From: Candidatus Omnitrophota bacterium
GTDB lineage: Bacteria; Omnitrophota; Omnitrophia; Omnitrophales; JACROU01
Length of the DNA stretch: 64,000 nucleotides
Direction: 5' to 3'
NCBI GenBank assembly: GCA_029261035.1
Contig: JAJDCD010000008.1
Coordinates: forward strand, 162,313 to 226,312
The notes under the pieces were generated by a model, which worked only from the letters and a program-made list of their open reading frames with translations, searched no databases and was not told the DNA's origin. Shown here piece after piece: positions 48,242 to 58,249 of this stretch (positions are counted from its first letter, which is position 1; each line of letters starts with the position of its first letter). The position numbers and the translations under genes were made by a program.

Positions 48242-51200
48242 TTAGGCTGCTATAAGGACCTTACGCATATTCTGCCATTCCTGAACAAGGTCTTGAAGAA
48301 TCTGAGGCAATAACAGTAAGGTGTTAGAATCACGGTCTCTTTGAAATAATTCCAGCAAAGCAGATCTGTTTTGAGCGACATAGAAAGAAGCTGCTAGATA
48401 AGCTCCACGATAATCAGAATCACGGCTAAATTTTTCTGCCTCAAACTGAATTCTTAAATCGCCTTCTTCCCAGTCTGCGGTGTTAAAAGAGTCATTCAAA
48501 AATACAGACTCTGCTAAATTAATTCCATTTGGAAAGTAAGGTCTTAAAAAGAACATCGATTTTTCTAAAAGGGCTTCAACATCTTTTGATAACATCTGTG
48601 TCATAGGTCGTTTCCACAAAAGAAGGGCAACCCGATAATCTTTCCAAAGACGCATCACACCTCCATACTCTCGAGCAATATCCGATATCTGATTTTTATC
48701 TGAAACTAAAAACACAACCATATTCGCTTTATTACCATCCCGCACATCCTCATCTCTTCGAGTTAACTCTTGTAATACTCCTTCTGTATTCGAATTCAAC
48801 TCCATAAAAATCGGAGTAAGATTTCTTTGCTCTTGAACAGAGTGAAGAATTACTTGAGCTTGCCCCAAACTTTGTCCTGTTGCAGCCGCTGCTTGTCCTG
48901 CATTCGAAAGCTGCCTTGAAATTTGTTGAAGCAGCATAGCCGTATGGTCTTGTGGGGTCCCAAACCCTAGAACACTCACATTCCTAAAGGAGTCAGAAGC
49001 TGTTTGAAAACGTGCGCGAACAGTACTGTTTCTTCTACCCACCAAAACATGCCGCCATCTTCCTGTTACAGCAAGAGCAAAGTTTAGATATGCTTTTTCT
49101 TCTTCTATCTTACTTGCTGCTAGAGCCGTTCGCACTTGTGTTCCTGTCATCTCTTCAGCAGCAGCATTTGCTCCGGTAATAATAAAAGAGTATCTAGCCG
49201 GAATCACTCTTCCAGACAGTTTCTCTGTCTTAAATATTTCAAGACCTCGAAACCAGTTTTTAGCGCGTAACAAACTTACTTGTTGCAAATTCTCATCAAC
49301 AATATCTCTTTCATCATTAATCCTCAAATCATAGTTAAGCGCTTTAAGAAAATGATGTTCTAAAGACATCCAAATACGAGCATCAGAAACTCCTGAGTAA
49401 TCGTTCTGATTAGAACTTCTAACTTTAGACCAAACAACTCTCATTTGTTGAAAAGCTCTTTCTGCTAATTCATTCGCTTCATTTGACCCCGTTTTATATA
49501 TATTAAAAGCCCTCTGGTCTGTTCTTAGTGCCTGTTCATCAATACTAGGAATATCAGACCACTTTGCATAAGCTTCTAACAAGTTAATATCCGCCAACAC
49601 CTTTAATGCTTGTATTTCAGCAAAACCTGCTGGGGTATTCACATCCCCCACAAATCCAATTCCACCTCTTGCTATTTGCTCACCAGACCCTGTTTTAATG
49701 ATTCTAATTTGAGCATCTGTTGCTCCCATACTTTTCATCCACTGCTCTATACGAGTTCGAGCTCCATCAAAATTATTATCCGCAGCTAAATAATACGCTT
49801 CCATAGGATAAGCTTTCTGAACCCAAGTAGATTGAGGATAAGCCGTCCTCAATGACTGCAACTCCGAAAGTGCTGTAGCATACTCACCGTTATATGCCGA
49901 TAAATGGGCTATTGCCCACAAATATTCTTGATGTTCTGCTGGAGTCAGTTGTTTGATTTCATTTTCAGTAGCTAGATTTTTAAGCGCTCTCACTTGCTCT
50001 AAATAATCATCAAGAGTTAAGTCGGATCTTAGTTTTTTCAGTAACGCTAATTTCACTTTAACGTGATAAAACCTAAGAAAAGAAAGATAAGCTCTATCTG
50101 AATGCACTGAAAAATGATTGCTAAATTGCCTATCAAAGCTTGTTAATGCATCCTTGTTAATAGAAGCATCCTCCAAGCCTTGTTTAACTAAAATCAAAAA
50201 TGAAACTAACCCTCTCAATTGTCGAACTTTTGTCTCAAGAGTTGTATCTTTTCCAATTAATTTATCTGACGCCTGATCTAACAAGTTTTTTGCATCTGCC
50301 CATTCCCCTGATTTAATTTTAACCTCAGCCTGAGCAATCAAAGCCCTACCTTCTTCAATTTGAGAGGCTCTTCTCTGTCTTTGAGCATCTAAAGCAATAC
50401 GCGCTTGATACTTCCTCCAACCTTCTGTTATCAAGTAAAACGCAGCCCCTCCAAGTAAAACAACAGACAGTAATGCCCCTAACACTAACTGCCCTCGTCT
50501 TTTTCTTAGACTTCTTTTTCTTTTATCTTTCTGCGCTTCCACATTACGATTTTCAAGAAAATTTTCAAGATCTTCTGCTAATTCAACAGCCGAAGGATAT
50601 CTACTCTCTTCACTTTTTTCCATCGTCTTAATAATTATTTCTTCTAAGTCTTTAGGTATTGCCGGGTTAATTTCACTAGGCCTTTTAAAATCATTAAGCA
50701 TAATTGCTGACATAAGCATTAAGGAAGAACTCGCAGTAAAAGGAAGCTGCCCCGTTAACATGTAATACAAAATAGCTCCTAACGCCCAAACATCGGTAGG
50801 TGCCTTTGCATCCCTAGCCAAACCCGTTGCTTGTTCTGGAGACATAAATGATGGAGTTCCTATGACAGCTCCTGTTCTTGTTAACTCCTCAGCTCTGGCC
50901 TTTGATGTCAACTTCGCCAAACCAAAATCTGTAACATAAGGAACACTCCCTTCCCCTAAAAGGATATTTTGAGGTTTTAGATCTCGATGAATAAAATCTC
51001 TTTTATGCACCCTTGCCATAGCTTCAACAATTTGTTTAAACAACACCGTTCTATCTCTAATAAGCTTCTCAGCTTCTTTTGATTTAGGTTTACTTGGAAT
51101 AATTTCCCCCTGATCTATCCACCGTCTTATTTGCTCTTCTAAATCCCCGCCCTCGACAAACTCCATAACAAAAAAGGGCTCTTCCTTGCCCTCTCTTAAT

Positions 51201-54200
51201 CGAACGTTGCCTACTGCGTAAATTTTAACAACTCCCATAAAATCTAGCTGTACCATTGATTCAGCTTCTTCTTTGAAACGTAACATTTCCTCAGCACCTG
51301 CGTGTTCAAGAAGTCGTTTTATTGCTACTTTTCTTCCTGTTTTAGATGCCCTAAAGTCCAACCCTTGGTACACAGCTCCCATACCCCCCTTAGCTAAAAA
51401 CTTCGTAATTCTAAACCTCCCTGCTTGTTGCTGATTAAATAAACGGACAAATCCATCCGTCTGCTGTAAATAAAGTGTATCTGGATCAACAGGACTCATC
51501 TTTGCCATTAACTTAGGTGAAACATCCCCAGGCTGAAGCCCTACTTGAGTTCTCCCTTCAGCAACCGTACCTCCAGACAAACTAGGAGAGACCACAGAAG
51601 TAGGCGCTCTCGCTATTACCATCCGATAGGATCTTCCATTAACATTGACATAAAAATCAGGATTCAAACCATTCGCATCCAGAACAATAAAAGGAGGATC
51701 AATGTTAGGCTTACTCCACTTCTCATTATTCTCAAAGGTCTGAAAATAGAATTGAAAAGTAGTTCCATTTAAAGGGATGGGTACAAAATATTGCGCTTGG
51801 ATGAAAGCTTGTTGAGCCTGTTGCAATAGAGAGACAACAGGACCTTTATTCAAAGCCGCATAAGCTTGACGATATTGCTCCAAGATTTCAACTGCTGTCT
51901 CAACAGGTTTATCTCCTAAACTCTGCGCTTCAACAGATCCTTCTTCTCTCCAAACTGTTAATAGATCTCCCATTAAATTCACATCATTAAATTGATCGGC
52001 AGCTTCTGCAAAAGCTGCTCCCTGAGTCGCTTTTTGCACCCAGCCTCTAAAACGTTTTACGCGCGCGGATGTTGGAATACCAGAAGTTAAATCAACTCTT
52101 CTCTGACGAATCACCCGCCCCAATAGTTGAAAGTAAGTTTTAGGATCACTCGATAACTCTTCATCTCCCTTTACCGTTCTTAACAACAATCGAATATCAG
52201 AAAGTCTTTCTTTATTTTCATCACTCAGTTGATTAAAACTACTTAACAAGCGTCCTAATTGCCGACTGGAGTTAGAAGCTATATTCGATTGCTCTCTTGC
52301 CCCATTAGACAAGTTGCCCAAATCACCCATTAAGGCCTCAATGCCGATAGAATAATCAAGCCCTGCCAAAAATGCTAAACGTAAATTTCTGATTTGAGCA
52401 GGGTTATTTGAATTTCCAGAGGATTGAATAATGGCTAAAATACTAGCCTGTAATGACTGAGAGTAATAATCTTCTATTTGTCGAGAAAGCTCCCTTTTCT
52501 TACCATACAAAGCTCCCAGTTCAGAGCTTGGATGCCCTTGTCCTGGAGTCCAACTTCCAGATCGACCATCAGGTTCTAAAATTTGTCTATAACGTCTCAT
52601 AGTAATCAACTGCTCAAGAACATATGTATCTAAAATAGCGCGTCTTAGTTTTAAACGATTCACTGGATCTGAATTTTGCAAATCAACCGCCTGTAAACCT
52701 TGACGTGCAGTTTCAAATTGAGCATTTTCCCCACCAATTGCTTTCATCAGTCTAATTCGAGCTATAAGTAAATGAGAAGAAGTCATCAAATTAGAAGATG
52801 CAAATCGAGATTGGAAATCCGACAGAGTTGTCAATGAAGCATCCAAACTTCCCATTCGATATTGGATAGTCGCTTTCTTCCAAGTATTAGCTTCATTCGT
52901 AGCATTTGCTGAATTAGAAATTTCTCGCAGAGCCAAAGCATACATATGGTTGGATAATGAAACATTGTTTTTTTCACCAGGCAACCTCAAAAGAAAACCC
53001 AGGCTTTCAAATAAACTAATTTTATCTGTGCCCGTTGTTCCTTGAAACAAATCAGAAGAAGAGAAATCTGATGATGATGGCCTGGTTGATTGAGTTAATA
53101 AAAATGATAGTCGATCAGCTATTAAACTTAACACACCTTCATTTAAACCTTTATTTAATTGAACAGACTGACTTGACTTGGATAACAAAATACGAGCAAG
53201 ACGATTAAAACGAGTTTTATCGGTATCATTTAAATCACCATATCGACTCGCAACTATATTTAAATCATTGAACGCTTGAGAAATATCGGGACTCTGTTTT
53301 TTTAACTCAGTATCTGCTGACTTAAAATTTACGCCAATTTGCTGAGTTCTTAAAGATGTGATTACTTCTTGAACCCTTGCTTTTAACGCAGCAGAAAATA
53401 GAGGCACTTCTTTAAAAGTATCTATCAAGGCTAAAATACGACTTACATCCGCAGGACGAGCAGAGTCTCCCTTTTTAATCTCTGCATCTGCTTGCTGCAA
53501 CGCCGTAACTAACTGTCTCATACTTAAAACCTTCGCATCTAACCGAGGCCTTTCTCCAGAATTAATACTTCGAGCATCATCAATTAGTTTTATTGCATCA
53601 TCATACCTTCTATCCAAAATTGCTTGTTCTGCATCATTAATATGATCTGCTTTTAACGTTAACTCTTGATTCCTTTGATAGTCCTTATACATAGAGCTCC
53701 CAATAGAAAAAGCGCCTAACATAGCTAGAGTAACAATTGCAGCTGCCAAGATTCCCGCAACAGCTTTATTTCTCTGAATTAACTTTTGTAATCGATAAAA
53801 AAGACCTTGGTTTTTAACTGCTTGAACAGGTTGGTTATTCAACCAACGGTCTAAATCGTCTGCCAACTCACTTGCAGATTGATAACGATCTGAAGGTTGC
53901 TTTTCTAATGCTTTTAAAATAATTGCTTCGATTTCTTTTGAAACCTTAGAGTTTTGACTTCGAATTGGAGTTGGATTCTGCATTGAAATAGCAGTTAAAA
54001 CAGCCGTCAATGAAGGCCCTGAAAATGGATACTCTTTGGTTAAAGACTTATAAAGCATTCCCCCTAAAGCCCAAACATCTATGCGATGATCAATTTCTGT
54101 AGATTTATTAATTTGTTCGGGAGCCATGTAAACAGGTGTTCCCAATATATCTCCTGTTCGAGTTAAAGCTTCTTCACTATTCACTAAATGCGCTAAACCG

Positions 54201-56818
54201 AAATCAGCAATCTTAGTAGAACCATCATTAGCAATAATCACATTAGCAGGTTTTAAATCACGATGGATCACCCCTGCTTTATGAGCCTTATCTAAAGATC
54301 GTGCAACATCTCTAATAATCCGAACTCTTTCTCTTAACACTTCATCTGATGTTGGAACAGGAGATTCCATAATCACATCCCTAAAATCTTCACCTTCAAC
54401 AATGTCCATTGCATAGAAAGGCCTAAGACCATATTGAGGATGTTGAACTTGTCCAATAAATCGAGATTGAACAATTCCGGGGTCATTTACTTGAGCCGCC
54501 GCTTGTGCTTCTCGTTTAAAACGAATAAACGACTCTGCATCGATAGCAGCTTCAAATGGAATCACTTTTACAGCTGATTGCCTTGGAGTTCCTGGGATTC
54601 TCAAATCCACCGCTTCATAAACAACCCCCATAGCTCCTCTTCCCAACTCTCGTATTAATCTAAACTGAGGTACCTGTTGAGAAAACAACTGAACCATCGC
54701 ATCTCCCGATGGAGGCAATTCGCTTTGATTTAAAGGAAGAGTTCCAGTTCCTTGTCTTTCTGTTCTACTTACAGAGTCTGCAGCAACCTGCACATCCGTG
54801 ATTGCCGTCAATTTAAAATGATAACCATCGATAGTCACATGATTCGTTCTAGGATCCTGTCGCAACAAAATATCTTGAACTTGCCTACCTGGTTGAATTT
54901 GAGGAGACTTCCAAGTGTTACCTTGGTAAATCTGAACAATAAAATCCATTACTTGACCTTGGAAGTTAATTCTAAACGGCTGACCTAATGGATCAATTGA
55001 TTCTCTATTTCGTCGATCTCTTACATTGCGAACCAACTCTTGCATAACCTCCATCCAAAAAGCATCTTGCATATTTTGGCCATAAGTCATGATGATTTTT
55101 TCAAACATGACATCACGAGAATCACTTTCAATGCCCAAAGATGCAGCCACAGCTTCTGGAACATCATAGTACGGCAAAGCTCCGATTTGAGTTGCCGCAG
55201 CTTCCAGCTTGAATGCAGGATCATCTAACCGAGGCTCTAATTTAACCGTTCCTGTTGCTGGATTTATAATTTGATTTAAAGACACTTCTTGCTTAGCCAA
55301 CAATTCCCAATACGGAGATGTGTCCCAATCAGGATCCGCAATCGGTGTCATCACCCAATAAGAAATATCTTTGTCTTTTAACCGCTTCGCAATCCCTTCG
55401 GTATGGAAACCACCTGCAACAACAAAAATAATTTTCTGCTTGGTGTTTTTTAATAGTTTTTCGATGTTTTGGGATAATGCTTCATCCCTTTTGTAAACAT
55501 ATTCATAATATTGAAAAGCAGAAGACATTAAAGAAATCATACGAAGCATTACAGGGTCACTTCTAAAAGTAAAACCTCGACGTTCAAATAGGTCATCTAA
55601 GGACTGCCACCAAACCTTTGTTTGGATAATATCCATACGAGACATCAGCTCTTGATAGTGCTTGTTCTCTAATTCCAAACGAGACAACTTGTCTAAAAGC
55701 ATAAAGTCTCGATCCACCTGAATCAGCATTCTTTCGTCACGAGAACGAGCTAGAAGTGGGTAAAGCTTCTTTTCTAAGCGCTCTAATTGCTCAAAAAAGT
55801 CACTCGATGCCAATACATCCATTTCTTTTTGAAACTTGATCCAACGAGCAAAAACCTTATTTTCATTTTTAAGACCTTCTGACTGTTGATTCCAAAAAGA
55901 ATTTACTCTTAGCATCCATTGAGATTCTGGTTCGTCAACACCTCTGATCATCCCCCATTCGCTCAAAAGTGCTTTAATTCGTTTTTGATCTAATTTACTC
56001 TCCTCTTGAAACAATAGAGACATTTGCTCAATTGCTGGATACAGATTTAAACTTACTCCCTTTTCTGTAGATAGTTGAATTAAAAGCCTTAGATAGACTC
56101 TTAACTGATTTACATCTTTTTCAAATTGGTCTTTAATTTGTTCTACATCTCGAAGTTGTTTGGAGTAGACTTGATTTTTAAGGCGGTTTACTTCTAATTT
56201 CGTATTTTCTATGGCTTTAACAACTGAAAACTGATGGTCTAAAAAGGAGCGATAGGCACTCACATTTTTCTGGTACAAATTCTTACTATCAATCCCCCAC
56301 AATTTAGCTTTTCGATTATTGTTTATTGCGTAATACTGGGCACCATCAATCTTGCCATCCCACATAAAAGAGTTCGTAACATCTCGGGTAATTTCCGGAA
56401 CAGGAAAAGCGGTGAAAATCAAAGGGTTAATTTCTTCCGGACCACTTCCTTCAAGACCAATCGTAATCTCTTCAGAAAGCCCCATAGAAACAAGCTTGTC
56501 TTCAAAGTAATCCAGTGTAGAAATAATATTTTGTTGGGCTTGAAAATTGGCATGAGCTTCTTGCAACAAAACCACAAGAGGATAGTCCCCTAAAGGTTTT
56601 TCTTCTGTCTCCGGAGACATCCAGAAAGATTCTCTATCGACTATCTCATTAGATAACCCACTCAAAAAAGATTGAGGAGAAACTAAAGTAGGAGCACCCA
56701 TCATCGGGTTTGCTTTTGCAGGTAAAGGTATAAATACGGAAGTAACAACAAAGCAAATCAGAACGACTAAAGATGTAAAGAATTGAAAACTCTTATGCTT
56801 CAAAATTAAAACCTCCAT
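48242..56818 (-). CDS. Giant (2858 aa) membrane protein: N-terminal hydrophobic segment, TraB/GumN-like domain, then two tandem Ser/Thr protein kinase modules, each followed by a TM segment and a long helical (TPR-like) region
   Basis: GumN/TraB motifs LVVLLQEAHAN (aa ~81-91) and IIFVVAGGFHTEGI (aa ~463-476). Kinase 1 (aa ~718-985): GRGAMGVV, AVKVI, HRDLKPANV, DFG, YMAPE, DVWALG. TM 2 (aa ~1019-1043). Kinase 2 (aa ~1801-2085): AKGGMGAV, VAIKRL, HRDLKPQN, DFG, FMSPE, DVWALG. TM 3 (aa ~2110-2130). Confidence 0.85.
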   Translation of the reverse strand: MEVLILKHKSFQFFTSLVVLICFVVTSVFIPLPAKANPMMGAPTLVSPQSFLSGLSNEIVDRESFWMSPETEEKPLGDYPLVVLLQEAHANFQAQQNIISTLDYFEDKLVSMGLSEEITIGLEGSGPEEINPLIFTAFPVPEITRDVTNSFMWDGKIDGAQYYAINNNRKAKLWGIDSKNLYQKNVSAYRSFLDHQFSVVKAIENTKLEVNRLKNQVYSKQLRDVEQIKDQFEKDVNQLRVYLRLLIQLSTEKGVSLNLYPAIEQMSLLFQEESKLDQKRIKALLSEWGMIRGVDEPESQWMLRVNSFWNQQSEGLKNENKVFARWIKFQKEMDVLASSDFFEQLERLEKKLYPLLARSRDERMLIQVDRDFMLLDKLSRLELENKHYQELMSRMDIIQTKVWWQSLDDLFERRGFTFRSDPVMLRMISLMSSAFQYYEYVYKRDEALSQNIEKLLKNTKQKIIFVVAGGFHTEGIAKRLKDKDISYWVMTPIADPDWDTSPYWELLAKQEVSLNQIINPATGTVKLEPRLDDPAFKLEAAATQIGALPYYDVPEAVAASLGIESDSRDVMFEKIIMTYGQNMQDAFWMEVMQELVRNVRDRRNRESIDPLGQPFRINFQGQVMDFIVQIYQGNTWKSPQIQPGRQVQDILLRQDPRTNHVTIDGYHFKLTAITDVQVAADSVSRTERQGTGTLPLNQSELPPSGDAMVQLFSQQVPQFRLIRELGRGAMGVVYEAVDLRIPGTPRQSAVKVIPFEAAIDAESFIRFKREAQAAAQVNDPGIVQSRFIGQVQHPQYGLRPFYAMDIVEGEDFRDVIMESPVPTSDEVLRERVRIIRDVARSLDKAHKAGVIHRDLKPANVIIANDGSTKIADFGLAHLVNSEEALTRTGDILGTPVYMAPEQINKSTEIDHRIDVWALGGMLYKSLTKEYPFSGPSLTAVLTAISMQNPTPIRSQNSKVSKEIEAIILKALEKQPSDRYQSASELADDLDRWLNNQPVQAVKNQGLFYRLQKLIQRNKAVAGILAAAIVTLAMLGAFSIGSSMYKDYQRNQELTLKADHINDAEQAILDRRYDDAIKLIDDARSINSGERPRLDAKVLSMRQLVTALQQADAEIKKGDSARPADVSRILALIDTFKEVPLFSAALKARVQEVITSLRTQQIGVNFKSADTELKKQSPDISQAFNDLNIVASRYGDLNDTDKTRFNRLARILLSKSSQSVQLNKGLNEGVLSLIADRLSFLLTQSTRPSSSDFSSSDLFQGTTGTDKISLFESLGFLLRLPGEKNNVSLSNHMYALALREISNSANATNEANTWKKATIQYRMGSLDASLTTLSDFQSRFASSNLMTSSHLLIARIRLMKAIGGENAQFETARQGLQAVDLQNSDPVNRLKLRRAILDTYVLEQLITMRRYRQILEPDGRSGSWTPGQGHPSSELGALYGKKRELSRQIEDYYSQSLQASILAIIQSSGNSNNPAQIRNLRLAFLAGLDYSIGIEALMGDLGNLSNGAREQSNIASNSSRQLGRLLSSFNQLSDENKERLSDIRLLLRTVKGDEELSSDPKTYFQLLGRVIRQRRVDLTSGIPTSARVKRFRGWVQKATQGAAFAEAADQFNDVNLMGDLLTVWREEGSVEAQSLGDKPVETAVEILEQYRQAYAALNKGPVVSLLQQAQQAFIQAQYFVPIPLNGTTFQFYFQTFENNEKWSKPNIDPPFIVLDANGLNPDFYVNVNGRSYRMVIARAPTSVVSPSLSGGTVAEGRTQVGLQPGDVSPKLMAKMSPVDPDTLYLQQTDGFVRLFNQQQAGRFRITKFLAKGGMGAVYQGLDFRASKTGRKVAIKRLLEHAGAEEMLRFKEEAESMVQLDFMGVVKIYAVGNVRLREGKEEPFFVMEFVEGGDLEEQIRRWIDQGEIIPSKPKSKEAEKLIRDRTVLFKQIVEAMARVHKRDFIHRDLKPQNILLGEGSVPYVTDFGLAKLTSKARAEELTRTGAVIGTPSFMSPEQATGLARDAKAPTDVWALGAILYYMLTGQLPFTASSSLMLMSAIMLNDFKRPSEINPAIPKDLEEIIIKTMEKSEESRYPSAVELAEDLENFLENRNVEAQKDKRKRSLRKRRGQLVLGALLSVVLLGGAAFYLITEGWRKYQARIALDAQRQRRASQIEEGRALIAQAEVKIKSGEWADAKNLLDQASDKLIGKDTTLETKVRQLRGLVSFLILVKQGLEDASINKDALTSFDRQFSNHFSVHSDRAYLSFLRFYHVKVKLALLKKLRSDLTLDDYLEQVRALKNLATENEIKQLTPAEHQEYLWAIAHLSAYNGEYATALSELQSLRTAYPQSTWVQKAYPMEAYYLAADNNFDGARTRIEQWMKSMGATDAQIRIIKTGSGEQIARGGIGFVGDVNTPAGFAEIQALKVLADINLLEAYAKWSDIPSIDEQALRTDQRAFNIYKTGSNEANELAERAFQQMRVVWSKVRSSNQNDYSGVSDARIWMSLEHHFLKALNYDLRINDERDIVDENLQQVSLLRAKNWFRGLEIFKTEKLSGRVIPARYSFIITGANAAAEEMTGTQVRTALAASKIEEEKAYLNFALAVTGRWRHVLVGRRNSTVRARFQTASDSFRNVSVLGFGTPQDHTAMLLQQISRQLSNAGQAAAATGQSLGQAQVILHSVQEQRNLTPIFMELNSNTEGVLQELTRRDEDVRDGNKANMVVFLVSDKNQISDIAREYGGVMRLWKDYRVALLLWKRPMTQMLSKDVEALLEKSMFFLRPYFPNGINLAESVFLNDSFNTADWEEGDLRIQFEAEKFSRDSDYRGAYLAASFYVAQNRSALLELFQRDRDSNTLLLLPQILQDLVQEWQNMRKVLIAA

Positions 56819-57147
56819 AACCCCTTAGATTTGAACATAATAAAGAAGTTATATTAAGTTGTAAAAAAGCTTACAAACAAAGCACTTAACGTTGTTTTCA
56901 ATATAAAAGTATAGCACAGAGGCTACTATTTACCTATGCAAGGCCCCCACAAGAAGCCTAAGTCGTTTAAATTCAATTAGATAGGGGTATATAAAATTAA
57001 CTCTTCCAGATAAACGAATTAGAAGGAAATAGGAATTAGGTTGTTGGCCCACGAACCAGACAAAACACTGCGCTATCGCTTCGTAGTCGGTACGGGGCAC
57101 ATATCCGCTAAAATTTGCATGGCTATGCCATGCTGACATGTAGTATA

Positions 57148-57224
57148 TGGCGCGCCCGAGTGGATTCGAACCACTGACCCTTTGCTTAGAAGGCAAATGC
57201 TCTATCCAACTGAGCTACGGGCGC
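57148..57224 (-). tRNA. tRNA-Arg (anticodon TCT), 77 nt, CCA encoded
   Basis: Hand-folded: acceptor GCGCCCG/CGGGCGC, anticodon stem TTTGC/GCAAA, loop CTTCTAA, T-arm AGTGG-TTCGAAT-CCACT. Confidence 0.9.
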
Positions 57225-57363
57225 GTATTAAGTTACGTGCTTGTTGCGAAGTTCATACTGCCTGCCTGTTGAACGATAGCTACGGACAAAAACAAACCTG
57301 GCTTAGAAGGGACGTATTATAAAAGAAATTGGGCAAAAAGCAAATTTCCCTTTGGAATGCTTG

Positions 57364-58191
57364 CTAAGAAAAGTCTACCAACTTATAAATCTCAATATTT
57401 TTCATAAAAGCTTCAGACTGTGACATTGTATTATCAGAATCAGACATAATACCAATTGCTTTTAAATTTTTGGTGGGCTTTTTACCAAACAAAAACTCAT
57501 AGTCCTTACGAATATCTCTCATCTCTCTTACCCACTCTTGAGGGTCCTCAGCAGAAGACTTTTGAACAACAAACGCTTTAACACGTTTTGTATAAGGGCT
57601 AGCAGAATAAGTCCCCTCTTCAAAATGATCATCCCAAACATATTGAATAATATCAGAAGTGAAAATAGTCTTACCTTCAAATATGGCATAAATTCTTAAA
57701 GGGTAATCATTGTCTAATTTCGAAGCGAATTTTTTATTTTTCTTATTAGAAGGAAATTCGGTTACCTTCCATTTCCATACCAAAATAGGGTTCTTTTCAA
57801 TATCTATATTTACTTTTCTAAATATTCCCGAAGAGGTCCCTCGGCTTGATGATTTAAGAACATTCTCACCTGTTTCATCCGAAGAAATTTCATATAAACT
57901 CTCCCCTTTAAATTTCTGGTGTCTCCACTCCTGAATATCCTTATCTTTTAGAAATTTAAATTCAACTAACCGTTTCAACTGATCTTCTGTATAAGGAAAT
58001 TGTTCATCTGGAAGTACAATTGTTTTGCTCGGAATTAGAGTCATGAAAGAGAATGGGTCAAAGAAATAAAGGACACTCCCCACAAGTGCCATAGAACAAA
58101 TAATCACATTCAGAGCGAGAAAACGCTTCGATCTCCAAAATGGTTTTTTTTCAGACATGTAAACTAGCCTTTCCAAGAAAGAAATGAGCAA
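57364..58191 (-). CDS. Membrane-anchored hypothetical protein, possibly DUF3047-like
   Basis: 275 aa. N-terminal TM (FLALNVIICSMALVGSVLYFF), Trp-containing core (ILVWKWKVTEF) and C-terminal GIMSDSDNT. The family call is by recollection only. Confidence 0.3.
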   Translation of the reverse strand: MLISFLERLVYMSEKKPFWRSKRFLALNVIICSMALVGSVLYFFDPFSFMTLIPSKTIVLPDEQFPYTEDQLKRLVEFKFLKDKDIQEWRHQKFKGESLYEISSDETGENVLKSSSRGTSSGIFRKVNIDIEKNPILVWKWKVTEFPSNKKNKKFASKLDNDYPLRIYAIFEGKTIFTSDIIQYVWDDHFEEGTYSASPYTKRVKAFVVQKSSAEDPQEWVREMRDIRKDYEFLFGKKPTKNLKAIGIMSDSDNTMSQSEAFMKNIEIYKLVDFS

Positions 58192-58249
58192 TAATTATAA
58201 TATCGAATAAAAAACAATAAAATGAATAATTTTTTAAAGAAATTGAATC

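Noticed and set aside
56819-57147. Possible tmRNA, SRP RNA or RNase P RNA in the 330-nt gap after tRNA-Arg.
   Set aside because: The conserved motifs (SRP GGAAGGAAGCAGC, the tmRNA tRNA-like ends, RNase P GGAAAGUCCGG/AGGGAAAC) were looked for by eye and not found. It is retained only as a low-interest structured segment.
56930-57196. 88-aa minus-strand ORF.
   Set aside because: It overlaps tRNA-Arg(TCT) and the GC-rich segment 3' of it. It is not protein-coding.
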